Under the pieces are notes generated by a model. It saw nothing but the letters and a program-made list of their open reading frames with translations, was not told where the DNA came from and ran no database searches. A stretch of DNA of 63,898 nt, counting the filler, from Patellaria atrata CBS 101060 (Eukaryota), in the NCBI GenBank assembly GCA_010093705.1. It is 7 parts of 6 records of this genome, joined end to end, with 100 filler letters (N's around TTAATTAATTAA, not from the genome) between each part and the next. Parts side by side here need not be neighbours in the genome. Positions count along the whole stretch, not along the records: positions 20,872 to 51,204 come from MU006126.1; 6 more parts are not named here. One strand, 5' to 3'. Below, piece by piece: positions 26,727 to 38,724 of the stretch; the stretch's first letter is position 1, and the number at the start of each line of letters is the position of its first letter. A program made the translations under genes and the position numbers.

Positions 26727-27819
26727 TCACTCAATAGCATTCGTCTTTACACCATCCAGACCACTAGACTGTCCGACTTTTTCCTTTCCCTTGACTAGTT
26801 TAGTAAACTTCTCTTCCTCCTGCTTGATTCGATTGTTTCCCAGCCTATCAATGCCGGCCGTTTTAGCGATAATGAGAAGTAATGCGTGAAGGACAAAGAA
26901 GCGTCCTGCATCCCATCCGAATTTCCTAATAACGCCTGGCAAAGTTACTGCGAGCTGAAAGGCCAATTCTCCCTGTGTGGAAGAAAGAAATTGTCAGTTG
27001 ATGCTCCGGTATTATACTTTGATACAGTACATACCCAACGAACTGATAGATCGTTACAAGCTCGAGAACAATCCAATACATCTCTGATACCCTGCCCAAT
27101 GTTGAAACTTATTTTAGTATGATCTATCTCGGTGTCACTTGTTTCGGCGTCATCTGTCTTAAGCTCATCTGCCTCGAGGTGCCGGGCGAGATTTATCAGC
27201 ATCCAATGCCTATAGAGCTCGAGGAACCTCCAACTAGCGTGATGTTCGACCGTCGCTTGTGGGTGTACTCTGAAAACGTGTGCCAACGCTTTCTTAGCTG
27301 GTTGCGATAGCTGATCTGAAGTTATATGGGAACCGCAAAAGCTAGCACACCATTCTTCAGTTGCAAAGCCATAAAGTTTGCAGTGTGCTCGTAGGAACGG
27401 GTATTCACGACTGGGTTGTGGCAAGGAGAGGAGCCTTGGTGGCATCGAACGCCTCCCCCGTACGATATGCTCCCTGATAATATGTCAGAATGGCCTCAGC
27501 TAAGTATTAGGGAAGAGTACTTTTCCATAATCCATGCCAGTGCATATCCCGGATCGTCGTTCTTTAGAAGTGATCCTATTTTCATGCCATCGGAAACAAT
27601 ATCACTAAGGATTCGGTCATCATAACCACTCCATAGGCTTAAATTATACCGCACGAAATTATCCGACGAAGGAGACAAGTTAGATTCTCTGGGTGCCTGA
27701 TAGATTCGGCTCATGACCCACGCCTCGACGAGTGTACAATGTTCTTTATCAGCGTCTCCTCTAAGCTGTTCTATGGTTCGAGAATTGAGGACCTCCGGCC
27801 CATGAATAGTGCTGTTCAT
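26727..27819 (-). pseudogene. Hypothetical protein broken into three ORFs
   Basis: Consecutive minus-strand ORFs 27496-27819, 26945-27445, 26727-26966 joined by stop/frameshifts. Confidence 0.5.
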
Positions 27820-30729
27820 GTTGACTGGAGGGAAGGTTTTTCAGATTGAGTAGATTGTCGACTGAAAGTTGCACCTAGGCAGTACGCGGAAGAAAGAGAA
27901 AACTTAGAGGGCAATAGCTTACTTCTAAATCATCTCATGCAACAATGTCCTAACTATTTCTGGCTATGTGGATCCTAAGGATGCCAGGAGTTAAGGTTGG
28001 ACCCGATGAAGAGAAAGGAAAAAAGAAATACAAGTGAACGATAGAGCGGTAGGAAGAAGGGTCGCAGAGTGGGGGGGGCAACGGACGACTATGGTCTGCG
28101 CTCTCTTGGTACGTTCCCGTGCTGCATAATATTCGCCAATACTAAGGTGCATAAGGGTATCAGTAAAGGCTCTCACACTAGGAGAATGTATGTGTAAAGT
28201 CTCACTGCCAGGGAACATAAGAGCGGTATGGCGCATCAGTGTCCGACTTCAAAGTATTCCAGTCAAGTTGAACCGGCTTTTATCGGTGGATCACGTTGAA
28301 TCACAGTCTCTCCTAAGCTGTGTTAGAGGAAGGGATCCTGTCAATATGACCTGGACTAAAGAAAGTAGAAACCGCCACCCTTTCCGGCCTCTCGGCTCTT
28401 ACCAATGGTCGATAGCTGTTGTAAGTCAAGACAGTATACTTTCTCACACTCCCTACGATTTTTGACTACAATAGCAGAGCAAGTTACTCAAGGTAGCTAG
28501 TCGTAGGTATCACGAATGTGTTTAGATCCGAAACCTACCTCCAGTTACTGCAGCATATTTGTCACACTGAGGGTGTCACAGTCCCTGGGTACGTGAACAA
28601 GATAACCATTCGTCCTAGCAGTGATTCTTATCGCTTACGGTCATAACTTCCAGGGTTCTGATATAAATTGATCTTGTAACGTAAACGTCATGCATGGGCA
28701 GAGACGGGTGAGCGTATAAGCGAGTTGTGCTGCGTAGCCCTCGTGATATATGCGGGAATGTGCATGCTCTCTTTGAATATGTGGTGTGTACACTTACTTT
28801 CGACTCTATCTCTCTCTACACGCTCATTAATACTTGAAGAAAAGATGAGCTCTGCCTTATTTCTAGTCGACCGATATCCCTTAAAAGATGTATACCTCAA
28901 GGCACCATATGATAAATGTCACGCACATACTATCTTTTACCATTTCGATAAAGATGCGAGGTTGAAAATATATACCACAATCGTACAGTACATGAAAGGA
29001 AAGTGGTCAGATAAACAAATCTCACCAAATTGTTTCTTACACTTAGAGGTAGGGTGAAGTTCCATCATTGTATACCAATACTAACATCTCGCAGGCCGTT
29101 GTTAAATATAAGATCTCAACTCTCAAGCAGCGCACACAGAATTTGGGCTTAGGGGAAGGAAGAGAGAGCGGGATGGAGTATGCGGAAGTGCCTCGTACTG
29201 TAGGCCCAGATCTGACCTATTTTCTGGTTGAATAACTCGCCATATTGCTTTTGGATTGGAAATGACTAGTCAACCCCCTTGAATAGATACTATGGGCTCG
29301 AAAATCAATTTTGTTCGTTACTTTGCTTTGTAGACTCTCCGACACACCTTTTCGGTAAAGCAGAGTAATCGAAAGTGATGGGCCAAGTCATGAGGCGTGC
29401 TAAGACCACAATACTCTCAAGACCAGGGAATATGATGGTGTCGCTGTCATGGTTAATCGGTTAGAGCTTTCCGACCGCTGATGCCACCTTCAACACCTTT
29501 TACGCCACGTTCTGCTTTTAGAATGCTCCTTAGGACTTAGGAGGGAGGGGAGGTTTGCATTAAAAGTGCATTTGCAATTAACACATAAAAGCGAAAGATG
29601 GTCCCGAGAACGAGTACATAATTCAATTTTAAGTACCTCCTCTCTTTCCAACATCTTCATAAAGCGTTAGGTGTATCTATAGTGAATATCACGCAGACAA
29701 CCTTAGAGTTCCGTATTCTAGACTAGATCTGGGAACTAAGAGCCAGAACTTATTAAAAACTGTTGTAAAACGAGTATAGAGAACTAGTAAATCTAGTTGC
29801 TCGACTCCCCTGCTTGATCCGGAATCCGCGACGAATCGCGAACAGGATCATAGAACTTCCTTCCTGATTCATGCGACTTGGGGGTTGATTCCAGCACGGG
29901 GTTTGTGGGTGCTAATGAAGTTAACTTGTGTTCACCCATATTTTATGAATACTCGCCCGTTTGGAGGATTGCAACTCTAGTGGTTTGAAGCACTTTTGGC
30001 ATGCGCCAACCCGCAATATCGGTATTCCAGGACGTTAGGCCATTACCGCTTAAGATTCCGTTTATTCGGTTGATAAAGTTTGTCTGGACCAGTAAGGGTA
30101 TCTTACTCCACGACATTTGGTTTTCGAAAGAGACCCCTATATCCGCCCAATACTTATCACTTCCAAATGCGAGAGCGTCTCCCTCATCCCTAGTGATAGA
30201 CTTATACTAAATATTTGGTTCATGGAGAGTGAGAGGTTATACTCACCAGAAATTGTTTCCACTGGTCATTGCTATACCCTAAAGCCACTTGGACCTCTTC
30301 CTTGGTAGACCCCAGTGTGATATGCATTCCGTCGGTATCGAGTTGTGCTGCTGTTGAAATGAGGGGCGGCGTGTCAGCTTGGCCGGAACATGAGTAGGTA
30401 CCGTAAGAGCTAGGGCGCCACTACCTATTAAGCTAAGAGCTTATCATTGCACTCTATTGGTCTGAAAAACACAGGAGTGGGGCTGCATAGGGCTGCAATG
30501 AGCGAACTAGTTCTAGTCGTGCACAGACACAGTTTATTTCTGACTAGTCGCTGTGCACAGACATAGCATATTTCTTCCCACGCTTCCTTGGATGTCTCAT
30601 ATGATTCTTCTCCGTCAATGGCTGATAATGATTCCGGCCATAAATCCCTGACAATTGTAAAGCTCCCGTATGTTAATCAAGCCATATTCCACTTTCGTAG
30701 GCTCTAAGATATCTTTTTTTTGAAGAAGT

Positions 30730-31203
30730 ATGCCAGACTTATTGGTCGATTATCTGTCCCTAATATATATCTGGGCTGCGACGCCCGACTTTGCAGTGAT
30801 GAGTATGCATCTTTGCCTTCTTTCCTGCATCTTTATCACAGCTAATTCATTTCTTTTGGCCCCTTTTGCTTCTACGATCCTGGCGTCAAACCAATCCCAC
30901 CAGATGACTCTTGCATTCCCTATCACAGCTTGGACTGTAATAGTACTATGTTGGCCGATCGTGGTCAAAAGTGTCTTTGAAATCCGGCGCATATCGGAGT
31001 TCCAGACCGCTAATACAGCCGTGTGTTTCTTGTACCTCGTCGGGCATACTATTTCCGCCTGGATTGGCTTTTCCGTGCAGGTAATTAAATGGTGCAACGT
31101 TTCCCATCCTCCCCGATTTCTACAGGATACAAATTCCCCTGTATTATGCGCTATGCAGATGTTAGTCTATTATGATGTAAGACGTCACGAACTCGAAGGT
31201 TAA
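30730..31203 (+). CDS. Hypothetical membrane protein (first exon; likely continues to ~31.5 kb)
   Basis: ATG ORF with several hydrophobic segments; candidate downstream introns. Confidence 0.4.
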   Translation: MPDLLVDYLSLIYIWAATPDFAVMSMHLCLLSCIFITANSFLLAPFASTILASNQSHQMTLAFPITAWTVIVLCWPIVVKSVFEIRRISEFQTANTAVCFLYLVGHTISAWIGFSVQVIKWCNVSHPPRFLQDTNSPVLCAMQMLVYYDVRRHELEG

Positions 31204-32404
31204 CTTTACAGGTACTAGTTCTAACTTAGCACTTAGTTTACAAGACAAATGATTCTGCGCCGAGGTTCCCAATTATGGCATATATCGTACCTTCTTCTAT
31301 GTTTTATTGGATCTGTCCTTATCATAGTTTTAAGCCGGTGCGTTAACCTATATAATGTGAGATGTTTATTCAACAGCTAAAATCTTTAGAAGGCAAGGAA
31401 AGGGGAACCGAGCAGCGTATATCGCACAGATTGTAATCCTTTCAGGTCCACCATGCTTTTCTCTGTATTGGTTCATTCAGTACAAAAGAGAGACTCAGAA
31501 CTGTGGCCGTCCACCACTTTCTTACACAGCATTCACTTTGGCAGTACTTGCTATTGAAGGACTCTTATTTGTCACTTCTCTAGTAGCAACTGTATTGCCA
31601 ACCGATCGTACTAGCGATTCATCTTTAACTCACAATCTACATTTAGTATGTCCACTGTAGCAACTTCAGTGTTCAGTAACTAACAGTTTAGGCCGCGTTC
31701 GGCACCCTCTCCATCTTAACCGCTCGCTGGCAACGCACAATTTTGAGACGCATTCTTGGCTTCATAGCGAGATTTAGATCTGATGATGACCAAGAAGATC
31801 TCGCAAGACAGTTCTCTTCTACTTTGGATGAACTTCCCATCGCCATCTCTACTCCCGGTGTCAAATCTCAGTCTGAATTTGATCCTGAATTTGATAATAT
31901 AACTGGCCATAGTGAGGGTTCCTAAGGGCCCTTACGTTGTTCTTTTCGTTTCGCAAGTTAAACTGAATATTTTTTGTTGTCCTTCGTTTATATATGTTAA
32001 TTGATATTTCTATTTCAGCTATGGGCGTGCATTTCAGGGCTGACCCCTATCTCATGGGTTTTTTTTTTTCGCAATTTTCTTCGTCTCTATCTAACTAATA
32101 TGACTTGATTACCATAAAGCTGCTGCATAAGGGTGTCAAAGGATAAATAGGCGTATAATTTCTACCACCTAGGAGTCGCACAGAGCTCAAATTTTCCACA
32201 GCCTGGAGGAGTCAATGATAGCAATCAACTCCTGAAATGTATGCATATATTAGCTATTTAAGGACCTCAGATACAATAGTTCCAATTGTTGCTCTAGTTG
32301 GAAGTGACTGGGCTGAATTATGCACCTCATCAATTCACCTCCATATATTCTATGGTACTGCCGCATACGCAGCCTATTTCAAAAACCAAGAGCATTATTT
32401 TCAT

Positions 32405-33163
32405 TTACATACAAATGTGGGAATAGAAAATTCGAACAGACAGACATGACTTAATAGCTTGCAATATCGTCCAATCATTCACATCCTTAAGGCCAAGTTC
32501 CTGTATGGGCCCTATCATGTGCCGAAGACCTACTCCTCTGAGTTGCCATATTCTTAACGCTTTATACCCAATACTGATCAGAATATTGGTCAAAACAGCC
32601 CAGTATTGGCGTAGCTTTCCTAAGAAAAGTTAGTATGGTCTCTGAGAATGAAAAAGTGGGGAGTGTACGGATATATCCTCAGCTAAGAAAGCCTGCTCGA
32701 GAGGAGCTTGTAAACCATGTGATCGGGCGATATCGCAGTAACATAACTCGAGTCCTCGGCCCAGTCCACTTCGGATCGCCTTTACAGCATTTCGGAGGAA
32801 ACGTGTTTCCGCCCTCTTTTTGGCGTGCGACTTGCCGTGTATTCGAATGTCGGCATCTACTGGCTCGACGGGATCATAATTGAAATCGCATTCGAATTTA
32901 TAGAATTGGAGCAATGGAACATATGACGGATCCACGGCAACCTCGTAAAACTTGTCGCCAATGCATTTCTGAGCAAGGTAAATTCCCGGCGCAGACCGTA
33001 GTTGGTGCCAACCGGATAATGAACACTCAATTTGGTCTGTTGGAATGAGGCAGAGTCTCCATGGTTTCAGGGAGGCATCCGATGATAGATACGTCGGAGA
33101 ATTAATGACCGAATATACGTTGGGCGATTCGCTATTCAGCATGGCGAAGAAGGCAAGTCTCAC
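32405..33163 (-). pseudogene. Hypothetical protein, probably disrupted
   Basis: 177-aa ORF plus downstream exon; no clean in-frame upstream start. Confidence 0.4.
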
Positions 33164-33536
33164 GGGTAGTGAACTGCAGAAAGCGCGGAAATTTCATGCG
33201 CTTTATCCTCTGCATAGAAGAAGCTGGTAAACATCGACAGAGAGGCCAACAAGAAAGGTAATACTCCGCTCACTTCAAGAGAAGGAAGCAGTTGAAGGCG
33301 ATGACGTCTATAAAGGGGTCAAGATGTGTTGATTTGTTACTTGATCTGTGAGTGGAAGAGCGTAGCGAGCTTATCGTCCGTTTCATCTCTCTATAATCAA
33401 GTTCGGTTTCACGCGTTCAATACACTGTGCCGTACGATCCATGGCGGATGGAGAGAATGCGGTATCCTACACCCACAGGCTCTTTGTGATCAAAAGTACT
33501 CTAAAATCCAGGAAATCGGTGGGTTCCATGTCGTCG

Positions 33537-33720
33537 AACTAAAAGTCGGGGAATCTGTGGATACCTTGTCGAGGTAATCGAACTAAAAGCCGGGAGATCA
33601 GCAACTAAGGGTCGGGAAATCTGCAGGTCCCTTGTCGAGCTAAAAGTTGAGAGATCGACAACTAAAAGTCGGGGAATCTGCACGTCCCTTGTCGAGATAA
33701 AAAGTTAAGAGATCGACAAC
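33537..33720. repeat. ~57-bp imperfect tandem repeat x3
   Basis: aactaaaagtcggggaatctg..ccttgtcgag..taaaag..gagatc recurs three times. Confidence 0.85.
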
Positions 33721-34240
33721 AAATCTGTTATCAGGATAAGCGAACTACAAACCCAGAACTATTATGCCGCAGCTCCATCTAATTAATGTTAGACATTATT
33801 GAGTTTATCGCTTCCCAAATTCTCAAATGCTTTTACGATCACAACTGAAGGCCGACACCCTATCACTAATGCGATAAAGGTGAATCCATTCATCTGGACG
33901 GAGATCTAATATATCAGTGGGTTTCCTGTCCATCTCGTCGACATGCAGAAGCAGGTTTAATTCAGTCGTGGGAGGTTGGGTAGACTGGACGTCTTCATGG
34001 CTAGAAAGACGGCGCTGGAGCATCTTCCCTCACATCTTTGCAGTTGTTAACTCTAGCCGGCGTGGAATTCAGGAGAAAGCGGATGGAGCAAAGCATGTTC
34101 TAGAATTATCTATAGAAATTTTTATCATCATCTCAATATAGATTGGTGAAAATAATTGAAACACATCGATCCTCATTCGAATGCTTTCGAACTTCACATT
34201 CAGCTTTGATTGCGCTAAAGCACAGAGACGCAATATCATC

Positions 34241-35177
34241 CTATGACTCGCCGTCGTAGTACTGGTCCTGTAGCTTTCTCAACTGCGATGACCCACTGCT
34301 TACCTCGCCCGCCTCGCCAGCGACGAGTTTCCCGCTCCAGACCCTATCCCGCTCTTGAAGGATCTCCTCTGCCCAAGCTTTGGTCTCCGGCAGAGACACT
34401 TTGGTTGCCACATAGGTAAACTCGCTGAGGTCGACCCTGCCCCCTCCACGCTTCTCATACTCCACCATCTGAAGAAGGAGTTCTACCTTATCGATATCTT
34501 GGACGAACCGGCTTTCTAGCGTCTCGGAGTCCTCGTGTTCCTGCCATAGAGCACGAATTTCTGTGCCCACAATTGAGGCTCCAGCACCTTGAACGTTTCC
34601 TAATAGGTGTTGTGTAATATAGTCCATAGTCAATGTCTCTCGTCGAATCTTCTCCCTCTTCGGAACCCCGTCCGCAGGTGTAATATCACCCACCAGTAAC
34701 TCGGCCATATCATGGATCAGGCACATCTTCATACACTTAAACAGGTCCAGGCGTGACGTAAGGGACGCGGGGCCGAGCATTGTCATCAGAGACATCCGGT
34801 ACATGTGATCGGCAATTGATTCGCCTCTAAGGGGCCAACAGTTAGTATATGGTACTAGCAAATCCAGGTGACAGTCTCACCCATTGATACCAAACCTTCG
34901 CCATCCCTCACGCTTCGTAGTCTTAAGTCGCTCCAATATGTGGAAGAATGGTACGGGAGAACTTGAATCTTCCATCGGCTTGTCGAAAGTAATAGCAGCC
35001 AGTGCTTTATCTACTGTCCATGGGTTGGATATCTTTGGAGTGATTACGATAGAAGGGTCTAAGGGTAGTTAGTAGGAGCACGAAGATAGATAGCATAACG
35101 CCGATGAGATATAAACCTAGGATCTCCTTGCTGACATTATTAGTACCGGTATCGTCGTTCATTGTGCTCAGCGACAT
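34241..35177 (-). CDS. HD-domain 5'-deoxynucleotidase (HDDC2/YGK1-like), 3 exons, ~274 aa
   Basis: Exons 35177-35117, 35058-34881, 34826-34241 splice in frame; PVPFFHILERLKTTKREGWRRFGI..ESIADHMYRM..CLIHDMAE..GDITP..FVQDIDKVELLLQMVEYE. Confidence 0.92.
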
Positions 35178-35367
35178 GTTACTGGCGTTGTGATAATTCG
35201 ACAAGTGATTTTCTGCCCAGCCTACTCTTGGCGAATCTTTAGTTACTATACCACATTAGACCTAGGTAGTTTCGAGCGATTACCTGCTTCCCCAACCAAC
35301 AAAATCGGATCTTCTATCACGGCGCCGCTTGACATAGAAACACGTATTTAGACCATTTCAAAACGTT

Positions 35368-36762
35368 ATGGAAGTTAATCTATCCCAGTTGGATATGTCA
35401 CCGCTTCCATTCCTGCATTTAATGCAGGAACTCAAGCACATGGATAGGACTGGCTGGTTGAGAACGGTCCGGAAGCCTGAGAGCGTGGGAAGTCACAGCT
35501 TTCGATTAGCACTTCTGGGTGGTTTCGCGCCGGTTGGTTCTGCTTTTCATTTTCATTTTCTATTTGCTGACCTAGTAGTGTATAGGATCCTTTGGATCGG
35601 AGGAAGTGTATGTTTATAGGACTGTGCCACGACTTAGCAGAATCAGTAGTGGGAGACATACCAACATATGCTGGTATGTCTAAAGGTAAGTAGGTAGATT
35701 TTTTCTTTAATCGCTACTAATTGAGTGATATGTGTTAGAGCGGAAGCATAAACTAGAATTCTTTGGCTTCCGGTATATTATATCGTTGGTAACGCCTTGC
35801 AATGCAAAATATGCGGACGAGATGATGACCGCCTGGTTAGAGTATGAAGAGGGCAAGACTGCAGAAGGTCGGTGGATGAAAGAGATGGATAAATTAGAAT
35901 GCTTGATACAGGCACACGAATACGAACAGAAGACGTATGGGGAGAAGAACCTCGAAGAATTTCAGGGACTCTCATCAAAAATTAAATCTCCCGAGGGAAT
36001 AGCGTGGTTAAACTTATTAGGACAAGAGAGAAGCGCTCATCTCTCAAAACGAAAACGGCGGCTCCCTGTCATCTTCATCACTGGTATGTCCCGAAGGTCC
36101 TAACTGTCTTCGGTGCTAAGTAGTATAGGTGCCCTAAGTGTCGGCGAGACACAATGCGCTCTTTTGTCCCAGGAGTTTGGATTTCAGTACATATCCTTGC
36201 AGAGTGTCCTGCGTGAAATGTCTGAAGACCAGACATATCTTCACGCAGAGTTCGTGAGAGATTGCCTGAAGGAGGAAGTCGATGTTCCGGTGGGTTTGGT
36301 AGTTAGCTTGCTTGAAGGGAAGATTGAAGAAGGCATAAATGAAGGAACGCGGTGGAGCCTAGTCCATGGATTTCCGAAGAGCATGGAACATGTTCTTGAG
36401 TTTGAAAGAAAGGTTAGTATCCCTACTCCCGATAGCATCTTACTAAAACTAGTAGGCCCAAAAACCTAACTACACACTATTTCTGAACTGCTCCGCAGAA
36501 GAAAAGCGTGTTGGAAACCCGAAGCAATATTATGGGGCTGATGATGAACTAGACGGGTGGAAGACTGGGGGTTTAGATCTCAAGGATTACTTAAGATCAA
36601 TGGAGGGATATTTCAAGGAGGTAAGTAGAGCGTAACAAAAAAAACGAGTCATGTACTGATTGCATGTCGCAGATAAATTGCGATGGATCTGTGGCAGAGG
36701 TCTTTAACTTAGTGAAGAATGCAGTCAACGATTTTATTGAATATGCAGAGAGGGAGAAATAG
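35368..36762 (+). CDS. HD-domain phosphohydrolase fused to a UMP-CMP/adenylate kinase-like domain, 6 exons, ~382 aa
   Basis: Exons 35368-35532, 35586-35685, 35739-36083, 36129-36412, 36456-36620, 36673-36762 give an open frame; LKHMDRTGW..ESVGSHSFR..CHDLAESVVGDI..DKLECLIQAHEYE; then VIFITGALSVGETQC..FGFQYISL..LVHGFPK..INCDGSVAEVF. Confidence 0.85.
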
Positions 36763-36914
36763 GACTCTATGCTTGCGTTTGCTAAGTACATAACGAAATC
36801 CACCAGGCGTACAAAAAGAACACGGGTTCAAGTTGTCTCCGGCAATTTATAGCAGCTACCGAGATAGTTATGCGCTCAGTCCAAGTTCCTCGTGAAACTG
36901 TCAACACTTGGCTC

Positions 36915-38724
36915 CTAATGGAAGTCGTCTACCTTTGAATCGTTAATACTTGCAAACATCAATGAGCTTACTGTTAACGCAACACTGTTTGGATTCCCGT
37001 CCTCGTATAAGTCTGATGCCTTCCGACCGATCAAACGATCCTGTTCTATCCACTGGTAAGATTCTGAGAATGACTTAAGATTTTTAGTTACTCACTCAGC
37101 TTCGACACGTACGATTGAAGCGCTTTCATAGAGATCACAATCGTATCGTTATTATCTACCAAATCCATCGATTTTTGGCTATCCCAATTTAGAGTGAGTG
37201 GCTGTTGTCCTACCGAACAGTGGTAATGCCACAACAAGGAATTACAAGAGGCGACCATTTCGTCAATAAGGGCTGTTGGCATAGATGGATGTATCCAAAA
37301 TCCGCCCTTCGATAGTTAATGATTCTAGTTCCCTCAAATGCAGGAATGGCCTTACAGAGTCTCTGTAACGTCTCCAGTAGATGTTCCTCCCTGCATCCAG
37401 CTCACGAACATGCAGGAGGAGGAACACAGCCAAAGTCCCAACTACCCACATACGGCGGTCTCTCTTTTCTAATATGACATGAAGAGCTTTTAAGATCTTC
37501 TCATCTAAATCAATTATATGTAACTCAAATAGGTGGCCTAGTTGGTTTTGGACCATACGTGGTACCGGGATAGTGTCGTACCATGCGGACTGTTTATCTT
37601 TAATGGTGGCCATCCCCAGAGTTTCCTCACCAGAAAATCGCCATCCAATGCGAATAAGGCGAAGAGTCGTATACATCTCTAGACAATCTCGTATGATTGA
37701 AACCTTGACAAATTAGCAACCGACTTATAAAGTTCGGGAAATGCTCACCTCGTTATGATAACGTGCAAGTTGGAAGAAGAAACTAACTGGATGTTGCGAC
37801 TGACATACTTCATCCATTGCAAAGCTAACGCACGCCCTGATATATAACGAGATATCAATATTGTTGTTCGCTACGCAATACGCGGTAGTCTTTGTCCAGT
37901 GCCAGCCAGACGAATTCTTTCTGAGTGCGTGAATCTGGTAACTCTGGGTTGGGGTAAATTTACAGCAAGCGACTTTCAGAGTAGGACCATCGACATAATG
38001 TTGTAACTGGGCTACCTTTTGGTCTTTCAACGAAGTCTGAATTACAGTTGTGAATAGAATTTGGTATGTTTCATCTTTCCCTGTAATATTATTAGCTCTA
38101 TTATGGAAGTAACGTAAATTAGGTAGTAGAGGACATTTTTGGAACGGCTTATGCAATGTTACGCGCTCCGAGGTACAAATGTACGCCGGGATATCGAATT
38201 TAATGCATCGGAGGCAGCGAGAATCTCTTACGCTAGAGGGTTCTTTCTCGCACTATACTAACGTTAATCTGGTTCAAGTTGCGATTCACTTAAAGACATA
38301 CTTTTTTCCTCGCTACCCAACACTTTATGCACAGTTTGGACTTTCTATCAACTCGTGCGAGACTTTGTGTAGAAGGCAATTGTTTGACTCCAGAAAGATA
38401 CTCCGTATGATGGTCTTGAGGCTCCGGCGGTAAGACTACGCTAGCTAGGGGATTGGTGGCGGAGAAGGCTGCAGAGTTGTATGTGTTTAAGGAGAGAGCT
38501 GTGTTGGCGCTATGATGTTCAATCCTTAGATGTGTTGTAAGGTCTTGGCCATCAACTAAATATCCAGGACGAGTTGAATCTAAAGAAAGGTCGGAATCAT
38601 TCTTTGGTCCCAAAATTGCGGTTGTAACTTGACCCTCCCCTACAACATCCCAATTGAAATCGCATAATCCCGTGACTAACGCACCCGCGTGCGTCCAAGT
38701 ATTTTCATAATTTCCCTCATCCAT
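36915..38724 (-). CDS. Zn(II)2Cys6-like transcription factor, multi-exon
   Basis: CIKCWVARKK|CEKEPSSVRDSRCLRCIKFDIPAYICT across an intron; C-terminal exons IPVPRMVQNQL..LAVFLLLHVRE..LLWHYHC; start uncertain. Confidence 0.7.

Noticed and set aside
34241..38724. Calling the HD/kinase genes a cordycepin (cns) cluster
   Set aside because: No oxidoreductase, HisG domain or ABC transporter visible
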